Notes: generated by a model from the letters alone, not told the origin. 37,213 bases of DNA from a virus (IMGVR_UViG_3300025392_000640:1-37213), one strand, 5' to 3'; shown: positions 28,100-35,342, counted from the stretch's first letter. Made by a program: numbers and translations.

Positions 28100-28105
28100 T
28101 TTATT

Positions 28106-28438
28106 TTATTTTAAGTTTAACATATAATCAATTAATTGTAATAGGGGAGTGGCACCCAATCTCAAATCCCTAACACTCAACATCCTTCGTATCGGTCTTT
28201 GACGTAATGGGTCTCGTCCATTATCCCACCACCATAACTCATATTCATAATCTCCTTTACCACCGGTAGGCATTCTCTCAATGTTAATTCTATTGAATGC
28301 GTTACCTTCTTTATCAATAATGAAAATGTGATATTGAGTACGGGTTTCTTCAATACCACTTACCCACCAACCTTTAGTATGAGCTCCAATAGGCCCTTTA
28401 CCAATTAATTTTTTATGAAAGTTTTCTATTGTTAGCAT
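28106..28438 (-). CDS. MLTIKN-family paralog
   Basis: MLTIENFHKKLIG...GWWV...YHIFI...NIER...YEL. Confidence 0.82.
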   Translation of the reverse strand: MLTIENFHKKLIGKGPIGAHTKGWWVSGIEETRTQYHIFIIDKEGNAFNRINIERMPTGGKGDYEYELWWWDNGRDPLRQRPIRRMLSVRDLRLGATPLLQLIDYMLNLK

Positions 28439-28439
28439 A

Positions 28440-28799
28440 TTAATAATTTTTCATATTTTCGGTAGCTTCGGTATCCCACCAATGTTTTGATTTAGATAAT
28501 GTTTGGGATATTAGATAAGCCAACGATTCCATACTTTTTAAATCATCGGGTCTAACCAATACCGTAGTTGATATCTTCAATCCCATAACAAATAATTCAT
28601 AACCACCTTTGCTTGAATGTATATTTCTAATCAATCGTACTTCGGTTTCTTTGTTATATCCTTTACCATTTTGAATTGCTTTGAAACGAATTGAATAATA
28701 TGGTTCACTTGTTACGGTTTTGTTTTCAGTTACTAACCATACTTGCCTACCTTGGCACATAACATCTTGTAACTTTAGGATTCCTTTTATTGTTAGCAT
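28440..28799 (-). CDS. MLTIKN-family paralog
   Basis: MLTIKGILKL...YSIRF...RLIR...YELFV...DDLKS. Confidence 0.82.
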   Translation of the reverse strand: MLTIKGILKLQDVMCQGRQVWLVTENKTVTSEPYYSIRFKAIQNGKGYNKETEVRLIRNIHSSKGGYELFVMGLKISTTVLVRPDDLKSMESLAYLISQTLSKSKHWWDTEATENMKNY

Positions 28800-29092
28800 T
28801 TTATTTTTATTGGTTTTCTATGTTTAATAATTAAATCAGCCATATCTTCTAATAGAATAACTTTATCTTTGATTTCATAATCAAGCAGATTAAAGAACTT
28901 TGATGGTGAATATCGTAATTGATACGAACCATGAAGTCCACGCTTCTTCATCAAATCAATTCGGAAATATCTCATATCATCCGTATCTAATACTGCGAAT
29001 GAATATGATTCACTAAAATCTTTTACTGAATGTATTTTATATCTACCATACTCCATTCCTATTATACTATCTATATTTTTTATCACTAACAT
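28793..29092 (-). CDS. MLTIKN-family paralog
   Basis: MLVIKNIDSIIG...GRYKI...YSFAV...YQL...EIKD. Confidence 0.82.
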   Translation of the reverse strand: MLVIKNIDSIIGMEYGRYKIHSVKDFSESYSFAVLDTDDMRYFRIDLMKKRGLHGSYQLRYSPSKFFNLLDYEIKDKVILLEDMADLIIKHRKPIKIKC

Positions 29093-29409
29093 AATTCTTC
29101 TATTATTTTATTAAATACATATCTTACATGTCCTACACTTTTAAATTGTTCGTAACGGACATGATATATGTTACTATATCTTCCATCAACATTTTTACCT
29201 CTTATTATATACTTACCCAATGTGCTTGGGTATCGGGTGATAAGAATACTTAATTTTTCATTAATAAACCCATCACAAAATTTATAAGCATATCCACCAC
29301 CATATCTTCCAGCGTCAATAAAGGCACTTTCTATATGTAATCCATTACGATAAGGCCATTTCATTATAGAATCGGAAGTATCCCAATTTGTTATTGATAA
29401 TAGTTTCAT
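29086..29409 (-). CDS. MLTIKN-family paralog, subfamily B
   Basis: LSITNW...PY...IESAF...ITRY...IIEELC; clearly related to 31786..32124. Confidence 0.75.
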   Translation of the reverse strand: MKLLSITNWDTSDSIMKWPYRNGLHIESAFIDAGRYGGGYAYKFCDGFINEKLSILITRYPSTLGKYIIRGKNVDGRYSNIYHVRYEQFKSVGHVRYVFNKIIEELC

Positions 29410-29744
29410 TATTGTTTGTTATGATATTTTTTAATTATGTATTCCATTTGTCCAATGAAGTTATCCATATCACCCAACCACTCCGAAGAACCACATACAT
29501 TGGTCACCTCTCCATTGTAGTTAAAGAAGTAAGTAATTACATTCCCCTTTCCAACATCATGCGTTACCATACCAATTCGGTTTAATGATATCGTACATCT
29601 ATCTATGGTATTTCCCACCGGTCCCAAACAATGTACATCAAACATATATTTGTTTTGTGTAGGGTGGAGATTAATATTCCTAACTACCCAACCACCAAAT
29701 ATCCTTCTACTACCTATTTTTGTTACACCATTTATTGTTAGCAT
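29409..29744 (-). CDS. MLTIKN-family paralog
   Basis: MLTINGVTKI...GGWVV...YMFDV...SLNR...EWLGDMDNF. Confidence 0.82.
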   Translation of the reverse strand: MLTINGVTKIGSRRIFGGWVVRNINLHPTQNKYMFDVHCLGPVGNTIDRCTISLNRIGMVTHDVGKGNVITYFFNYNGEVTNVCGSSEWLGDMDNFIGQMEYIIKKYHNKQ

Positions 29745-29844
29745 ATATTCAGTTTATCTCCAACTCCACTTCGGGTCGAATTTTTAAATTTTTTATTTTG
29801 TTTTGATTGATAGTTCTAGCCAAGCTCACTCCTCTTTAGGTTAT

Positions 29845-30186
29845 TTATTTAGGCCTTTGTCTTTTATAATATTCCGTATTAATCTTATTAAGTACCATAC
29901 CTAAGAACGCATCCTTCCTTCCGATTTGTTCCTTAATATAATAACCTTTGTGTATTTCGTTATCCCACGACTCATACACTATTTGTACACTATACCAACC
30001 TGCCGTTTCCCCTTCGTTTCTACTTATGAATACGGCGGCTCCATCTCCGATAGCACCACTTCTTAGCGTTATTACATATCTCCCACCCATACCCTGTCTA
30101 AAAAAATCATCAGTAGTAGCTTGATTGATTACCCAATCTCCTACGGTTTCACCTACCAATTTATCAAAGTTTTTTATCACTAACAT
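29845..30186 (-). CDS. MLTIKN-family paralog
   Basis: MLVIKNFDKLVG...GDWVI...YVITL...FISR...YSVQI. Confidence 0.82.
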   Translation of the reverse strand: MLVIKNFDKLVGETVGDWVINQATTDDFFRQGMGGRYVITLRSGAIGDGAAVFISRNEGETAGWYSVQIVYESWDNEIHKGYYIKEQIGRKDAFLGMVLNKINTEYYKRQRPK

Positions 30187-30198
30187 CTTTTATCGTTT

Positions 30199-30525
30199 TT
30201 ATTTTCTTAAATCGTATTCTCTATCTATATACCCCATTAAATGCGTTATGAATACATCTTTATCCATTAGAGCTTGTTTGGTTAATCCACATTCGTATAT
30301 CACATCCGTAAAATCGTTGTAACATATATAGATGTGATATTGTTTGGTTAATAGGTTTATGTTCCTATCTATTAGGATTGCTGCTCCTCTACCATCCCTA
30401 TCGAATGATATAGAATAGTGTTCACAAAGTAGCCATCTTTTTGGATTAGATTCTATAGCCTCTATTACTTCCCACTTACCAAATACCTTATTGTTTAGTT
30501 TCTCTATGTTCTTTATTGTTAGCAT
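30199..30525 (-). CDS. MLTIKN-family paralog
   Basis: MLTIKNIEKL...GKWEV...YSISF...LIDR...YHIYI...DKDVF. Confidence 0.85.
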   Translation of the reverse strand: MLTIKNIEKLNNKVFGKWEVIEAIESNPKRWLLCEHYSISFDRDGRGAAILIDRNINLLTKQYHIYICYNDFTDVIYECGLTKQALMDKDVFITHLMGYIDREYDLRK

Positions 30526-30526
30526 C

Positions 30527-30862
30527 CTATTTGTTTATTTCTTTATAAAGTATATTAGCCATAAAACTTAATAAACCATTTCTCTTACGAAGTGTATCTC
30601 TATCCAATCTATCACTCCATATTATATTATCCGTAGTACCATAGAATAACTTACAGGGATATTTTCCTTCCGGCGATACATCTGCTTCAATAGTTAAAAC
30701 CGCAGGTTGGGCTTTACCAATAGGTTCAGTCTTATTAAATTGGATTTGATAATGTGGGTGCCTTACTAAATCAGAACCATTAACTAAAAAATCGCAATAT
30801 GAAAGTTTAAACTCACCACATAACATTCCATTAAGTTCTCTTATGTTTTCTATCTTTAACAT
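30527..30862 (-). CDS. MLTIKN-family paralog
   Basis: MLKIENIRELNG...GEFKL...YQIQF...YPCKL. Confidence 0.8.
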   Translation of the reverse strand: MLKIENIRELNGMLCGEFKLSYCDFLVNGSDLVRHPHYQIQFNKTEPIGKAQPAVLTIEADVSPEGKYPCKLFYGTTDNIIWSDRLDRDTLRKRNGLLSFMANILYKEINK

Positions 30863-30863
30863 C

Positions 30864-31169
30864 TTACTTTGTTTTTAAATAATTTTCTATTATCCCTTTA
30901 AAGTTTTTCTTATCTCTTAAATAGTCAGCAGTGAATAGGGCACCACTAAATTTATATGCCATTGTATCTTTCCCTCTTACTTTATGGAGTTTACCCACTC
31001 TATACAATGTCATATCTTCGTATTGCCCGTGGCCCTGTCCAACTTGTTTATAAAATTGAAACTTATAGGTATCATCCATAAGCATTTCGGATATGCCTAT
31101 TAGAGTCCATTGGTCTATCACTCCGTACTTTGTGTTTAAAATACTCTTTATGTTTTCTATTGTTAGCAT
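30864..31169 (-). CDS. MLTIKN-family paralog
   Basis: MLTIENIKSI...QWTL...YKFQF...TLYR...DYLRDKKNF. Confidence 0.85.
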   Translation of the reverse strand: MLTIENIKSILNTKYGVIDQWTLIGISEMLMDDTYKFQFYKQVGQGHGQYEDMTLYRVGKLHKVRGKDTMAYKFSGALFTADYLRDKKNFKGIIENYLKTK

Positions 31170-31468
31170 GCTTCTCTCAATTTACTAATGAATATATTCA
31201 TATCTTTTATCTCATCCAACTTCAAATATAAATTGTTTGTATTACTACTCAATCTATAATTCCAATTATCCGTCCAACCTATCGGCTCTCTATGTAAGAA
31301 AATTGTTTTTGAATACTGCTTATTTGTTACATCAATTTGGTATCTATAATTGTGCATATTATATCCCTTTGGGTCCAAATCAAATATATCACATATCCTA
31401 TCTACATAAAAGTTACTACTCCCCAATCGTTTGTATCTTAATCGTTGTATGTTTTGTATTGTTAGCAT
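31163..31468 (-). CDS. MLTIKN-family paralog
   Basis: MLTIQNIQRL...NFYV...YRYQI...FLHR...YRL...EIKDMNIF. Confidence 0.85.
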   Translation of the reverse strand: MLTIQNIQRLRYKRLGSSNFYVDRICDIFDLDPKGYNMHNYRYQIDVTNKQYSKTIFLHREPIGWTDNWNYRLSSNTNNLYLKLDEIKDMNIFISKLREAC

Positions 31469-31474
31469 AATTAA

Positions 31475-31792
31475 CTATAAATTTTCTTTATTAAGTAAGA
31501 TGTATGCTAATTTATTAATCATATTATCTTTATCCACCAACCAATCTGCGGAGGCACTTATATTAGTTCTCATTGAATTGTATATAAAGAAATATGAAAA
31601 GCCAGGCTGTCCAAATATTTTATGACCGGTTCTCTCCAACATAATCTTACATCTTTTGGTAGTAGATTGACGATGATTTGCTAATTCAAATACATAGGTA
31701 TCATTTTGGTTACCTTCATATATTAGTGTAACATCCCACCCATCCCATATCGGTTGGTTTTGTAATTTCAATATGTTCTTAATTGTTAGCAT
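31475..31792 (-). CDS. MLTIKN-family paralog
   Basis: MLTIKNILKL...GWDV...YVFEL...MLER...DWLVDKDNM. Confidence 0.85.
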   Translation of the reverse strand: MLTIKNILKLQNQPIWDGWDVTLIYEGNQNDTYVFELANHRQSTTKRCKIMLERTGHKIFGQPGFSYFFIYNSMRTNISASADWLVDKDNMINKLAYILLNKENL

Positions 31793-32124
31793 AATTCTTT
31801 TATTATTTCTCCAAAATAGTATTTAATCCAATTTACATCCTTTACCGCACTCAATGATAACTTCTTAGGTACAGATGTAACTCCTGTCTTATATGAATAC
31901 CCCCACAATTGATAGTAGTAGTTTCCGTTTTTGGATTTAGTTTTGTAACGATTGATACATATCCTCATTACCTCTTTGTTCTTATCCTTCCAACGAAAAC
32001 GATAATCATATACAGCCATCGTATCAAATGCGGAATGTATATAATAGTTTGATTGGTAGGGGGAATCCATTAAATCACTATGTGTACACCAATTACTAAT
32101 ATTCAATCGTTTTTGTTTTAACAT
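31786..32124 (-). CDS. MLTIKN-family paralog, subfamily B
   Basis: LNISNW...PY...IHSAF...INRY...IIKELC. Confidence 0.75.
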   Translation of the reverse strand: MLKQKRLNISNWCTHSDLMDSPYQSNYYIHSAFDTMAVYDYRFRWKDKNKEVMRICINRYKTKSKNGNYYYQLWGYSYKTGVTSVPKKLSLSAVKDVNWIKYYFGEIIKELC

Positions 32125-32125
32125 A

Positions 32126-32365
32126 CTATAATGTAGGGTTTAATAAAGAAACAATTGAATGAACGATACTATCACCCTTAGTAGGTTTTGAAAAATCATA
32201 TTGGTTATTCAAATCGTTAGCTCGAATGATACCAGTCCTATCTTCGTAAGACTGGGATACATTCAACTCCTTAGCCCAATTCTGAAACTTAGGGTCGTTC
32301 ATTGTGTTTGCTCTATCCAATTCTAATTGTTCGTACTTTTGTAAATCTAAATTTTGTAAATTCAT
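32126..32365 (-). CDS. Hypothetical protein (not an array-family member)
   Basis: 79-aa ORF. Confidence 0.7.
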   Translation of the reverse strand: MNLQNLDLQKYEQLELDRANTMNDPKFQNWAKELNVSQSYEDRTGIIRANDLNNQYDFSKPTKGDSIVHSIVSLLNPTL

Positions 32366-32386
32366 AACTTATTGTTTTTATTTTTA

Positions 32387-32746
32387 TTATTTAAATGTTA
32401 TCTTACATCCATCGTGTCCACTAAAATCTCCGTTATCCGCTAACCTCAATATCCCATTAAGGAAATGTGAGAACTTAGTAGGAGAACTCATATCCGCTTT
32501 CCATATACTCATAGGATACGATTTGTTTTTATCCATATCCCATAACCATACTAAAAAGTTATCCGCATCACTATCTTTCAGTATAGCCAATTTATAATGT
32601 CTATTCGCTCTATTACCAATATCAGATATAGAATCAACTCCTATTACATACTTATCATCCATATCGGTACAATACTTAATGTTAAAGCGTTCAGATTCCA
32701 TATCCATAACCGCCTTAGTAAAGTTCTTAATGTTTAATCGTTTCAT
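32387..32746 (-). CDS. MLTIKN-family paralog (divergent)
   Basis: RLNIKNFTK...RFNI...YVIGV...DMSSPTKF. Confidence 0.65.
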   Translation of the reverse strand: MKRLNIKNFTKAVMDMESERFNIKYCTDMDDKYVIGVDSISDIGNRANRHYKLAILKDSDADNFLVWLWDMDKNKSYPMSIWKADMSSPTKFSHFLNGILRLADNGDFSGHDGCKITFK

Positions 32747-32747
32747 A

Positions 32748-33068
32748 TTACTTTGTATTTAATTGGGGTTTATACTTCTTAATCAATTCCATCTCTCTTT
32801 TGTGTACTTCCTCTTTACCTCTTACCACATCTAACACCGATATGTCGTAAACAATTTCTAAATCATCAATATACTTACTCATATCCTTATACAATGCCCA
32901 ATCCCAAGCTTCCTTTCGAGCTCTACTAAAGTGTTTTTGTAAACGAACCTTAACACTCTTTCGGAAAGCCCTACCAATAGATGCGGTAATACCAATATAC
33001 TCCTTTCCATTTTTGGTATTCGTAATAAGGTATATAATGTGATTCCTATCGCTTCTCTTTTTTCTCAT
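32748..33068 (-). CDS. Stand-alone GIY-YIG nuclease domain protein
   Basis: IIYLITNTKNGKEYIGIT, R...H, E (KREMELI) and terminal N (PQLN) of the GIY-YIG core. Confidence 0.85.
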   Translation of the reverse strand: MRKKRSDRNHIIYLITNTKNGKEYIGITASIGRAFRKSVKVRLQKHFSRARKEAWDWALYKDMSKYIDDLEIVYDISVLDVVRGKEEVHKREMELIKKYKPQLNTK

Positions 33069-33204
33069 ATTCTTTCAGTATATTAATAGTTTGTAATTCA
33101 GTATTCAAATGTGCTATCTTCATCATAGTAGAGTAAGTAATACCATTGATTAGAATGATATCCCCACTCTTACTAAGAATCTCTATATCGTAATAGGTTC
33201 TCAT
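33046..33204 (-). CDS. Small hypothetical protein (52 aa)
   Basis: Manual translation MRTYYDIEILSKSGDIILINGITYSTMMK...; fills the gap and overlaps the GIY-YIG start. Confidence 0.55.
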   Translation of the reverse strand: MRTYYDIEILSKSGDIILINGITYSTMMKIAHLNTELQTINILKEYEKKEKR

Positions 33205-33210
33205 ATAGTA

Positions 33211-33570
33211 TTAATAGTTTATAGTTGAATACTCTCTACTGCCTGTTCTCATAGTAAACCAATTCCAATTCTCACTACTAACGAACCTATCCCAATTAGT
33301 ACCCTTAACCATACACCTTTTAGTACTATCGTAATAACATACCCCAATTTCCTTTAAACATCTTCTAACTGATGAATAGTAAGAGGATGGGATACAACCT
33401 TTAGGATTATCACCTAACATCCTTCTCATAATACCACTCCATGTAGGAGCCGGTTTGTTATTCATTGAATCCACTAAATACTCATATACCCTAATAAGGT
33501 ACTTTTTATTTAATGAATCATACCCAATTTTCTCATTAAACAAATCCGAATCAAATTTCACTACATTCAT
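33211..33570 (-). CDS. Hypothetical protein, possibly winged-helix DNA-binding
   Basis: TWSGIMRRML...YYSSVRRCLKEIGVCYY pattern; first gene after the 33593-33624 promoter. Confidence 0.6.
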   Translation of the reverse strand: MNVVKFDSDLFNEKIGYDSLNKKYLIRVYEYLVDSMNNKPAPTWSGIMRRMLGDNPKGCIPSSYYSSVRRCLKEIGVCYYDSTKRCMVKGTNWDRFVSSENWNWFTMRTGSREYSTINY

Positions 33571-33592
33571 ATACTTAAATTTTTATTATACC

Positions 33593-33624
33593 CAAAGATA
33601 CAACAATAGCTCGAAATACCCAAA
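33593..33624 (-). promoter_or_regulatory. Primary-sigma promoter heading the paralog-array operon
   Basis: TTTG-N20-TATCTTTG. Confidence 0.8.
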
Positions 33625-34245
33625 TATCCATCAAAAAACTTTAAAAATTGTTCATTGAGAATCAACACGTTAGCCGGGCCTGATAATCAATGGCTTACAT
33701 ATAACAATTTTTTACATATGTTCATTAGAGGGGTTTCCTGAGGGGCTACCCAAAAATAACCCTATTATACCACCCGAATACCCATCCTTAAAAATCGAAG
33801 GGGAAAATAGGGGTCTTTTTAAGGGGCTTTTGGATACTCAAGCTCCCAACCCATCCCATATAGTAAAAAAATGTAATATATCCCCAACCCATCCTTAGTA
33901 TTATAAAAAAAGCTAATACGTTCACCATACCTTTGATATATCCAAAATAGCTAATATGATAGGGTTATCCCCTAAGAAAGCTAAAAGTACTACTTTACCC
34001 TATAAAAATCCTATACGGTAAAAAACCGGGCTCGGGGCGTAAACAGGTGGGCGTGGTATTATAAAAAAAAATTATCTGTTGGATTGCAAGAAACCAGTCC
34101 CCCCTGGCCCCTGCAACCCTTTGCCAGCCACGCTTTCCCGAAAGGCCTCCGAAACACTTGCTACCACACGCTTCCAGCCCGTTCGAAATTCCAAAAGAAC
34201 TTATCCACATACACATCACATCCACAGGCGGGTGGGCATAGGAAA

Positions 34246-34270
34246 GGGGACCGGCTATTCACAGGTCCCC
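34246..34270 (-). terminator. GC-rich hairpin downstream of 34304..34642 (possible terminator)
   Basis: GGGGACC/GGTCCCC stem with a weak T tail. Confidence 0.45.
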
Positions 34271-34303
34271 TATACTATACGATTTAGCTATATATATTTT
34301 AGC

Positions 34304-34642
34304 TTAGTAATCCATAGGTACATTCGGGTGAAACCAATTCAGGTGCTCTACTTCCGTATAGTTTTTGAACCATCCGTTTATAGTCCTATACTTCAGTCCA
34401 TCACCATACTTGTCATAGTCCGTATAATCAGGACCAGCTATACTCTTTACATACTTATACAGTTCGTACCCATCTTCTCTATGTACTGCGATAAGGGCAT
34501 GTATCTTAGCTTTGATACTTTTTTCTACTTCTAGTCCAGCAGCCCATACATTATGGTCATCACTCATTACATAGGACCAGTCGTGTTTCTGAACAAGGTT
34601 ATACAGGTCCGATTGAATTGTTTCTACTACATTAATACTCAT
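34304..34642 (-). CDS. Hypothetical protein
   Basis: 112-aa ORF. Confidence 0.7.
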   Translation of the reverse strand: MSINVVETIQSDLYNLVQKHDWSYVMSDDHNVWAAGLEVEKSIKAKIHALIAVHREDGYELYKYVKSIAGPDYTDYDKYGDGLKYRTINGWFKNYTEVEHLNWFHPNVPMDY

Positions 34643-34643
34643 A

Positions 34644-34820
34644 TTATTTATTTTGCATTTTTAATTCTAATCCCATTAATTCATATTCTCTTTCCTTTAT
34701 CTGACGTTCCAAATCTTTAATTTGCTTTTCTTTATTAGCCGGCAATGATTTGATTTTGTTTTGAGTCCATTTAATCTCATGTTTTAATTGTCTTATTTTG
34801 AACTCGTTACTAATACTCAT
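34644..34820 (-). CDS. Small coiled-coil protein (58 aa)
   Basis: Manual translation MSISNEFKIRQLKHEIKWTQNKIKSLPANKEKQIKDLERQIKEREYELMGLELKMQNK*. Confidence 0.65.
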   Translation of the reverse strand: MSISNEFKIRQLKHEIKWTQNKIKSLPANKEKQIKDLERQIKEREYELMGLELKMQNK

Positions 34821-34853
34821 ATACTTAGTTTTTAATTTTAATTTGGTTATCGT

Positions 34854-35027
34854 TCTTTATAGTAGGATTCAAACCTACAAGTGGGTTACTATTGGTACTA
34901 GCGAGGGGTTAATTACTTCCCTCTCCCGTTTTCACCTATCCTTTGGGCCATCAGCTTGGGAGGCAGCCCTTTCCGAAAAAATTTATTTCATCCCAATTCG
35001 GTGCGTGTGTCACTCCGCCATATAAAG
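34854..35027 (-). ncRNA. tRNA-like structured RNA with expanded anticodon-position loop and 94-nt variable region
   Basis: Acceptor CTTTATA/TATAAAG; T8-G9; D stem GCG/CGC; stem CCGAA/TTCGG; T arm GTAGG-TTTGAAT-CCTAC directly followed by the acceptor 3' strand. Confidence 0.7.
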
Positions 35028-35038
35028 AACGATTTCTG

Positions 35039-35081
35039 TACTATGGGTAGGATTCGAACCTACCTATATACCATACATAGT
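35039..35081 (-). ncRNA. tRNA minihelix-like element (acceptor-like stem plus canonical T arm, no D or anticodon arm)
   Basis: ACTATG...GTAGG-TTCGAAT-CCTAC-CCATAGT-A. Confidence 0.45.
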
Positions 35082-35083
35082 TA

Positions 35084-35341
35084 TTAGTACATTGATTCGT
35101 ACATCACCTCACAAGCTTTCTCATAAGCTATCCCGCCACTACCTTCTACCGGTATCATCACCTCAGCGTTTAGATAGTTAGATAGTAGTAAAGCATCCAC
35201 TATCTTATTAAATGCCACAGTCTCTATACCAGTGGACCTCTTTTGTTTTTTCTTTGTATTGATATACCCAGCCATGCCGGTCATTAGAGCACTTAACTCA
35301 TCTTGCGAAAACACACCTACTAATTGTTCGTTACTATTCAT
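35084..35341 (-). CDS. Hypothetical protein
   Basis: 85-aa ORF. Confidence 0.65.
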   Translation of the reverse strand: MNSNEQLVGVFSQDELSALMTGMAGYINTKKKQKRSTGIETVAFNKIVDALLLSNYLNAEVMIPVEGSGGIAYEKACEVMYESMY

Positions 35342-35342
35342 A

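Noticed and set aside
24944-32746. Integron cassette array, shufflon or diversity-generating retroelement as the array mechanism
   Set aside because: No attC-like palindromes between genes, all genes co-oriented, no recombinase or reverse transcriptase in the window, and no template/variable repeat pair differing at adenines.
33729-33857. G-quadruplex
   Set aside because: Only three closely spaced G-tracts on either strand; a fourth is more than 50 nt away.
33995-35025. Track ORFs 33995..34225 (-), 34079..34534 (+), 34084..34287 (+) and 34798..35025 (+)
   Set aside because: They overlap each other, a real - strand gene or the structured RNA, have atypical composition and lack promoter support; probably by-products of locally higher GC.
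34854-35027. Canonical tRNA, intron-containing tRNA or tmRNA
   Set aside because: There is no 7-nt anticodon loop, the insert is in the variable region and too short for a group I intron, and the tmRNA G3-U70 pair and typical length are missing.
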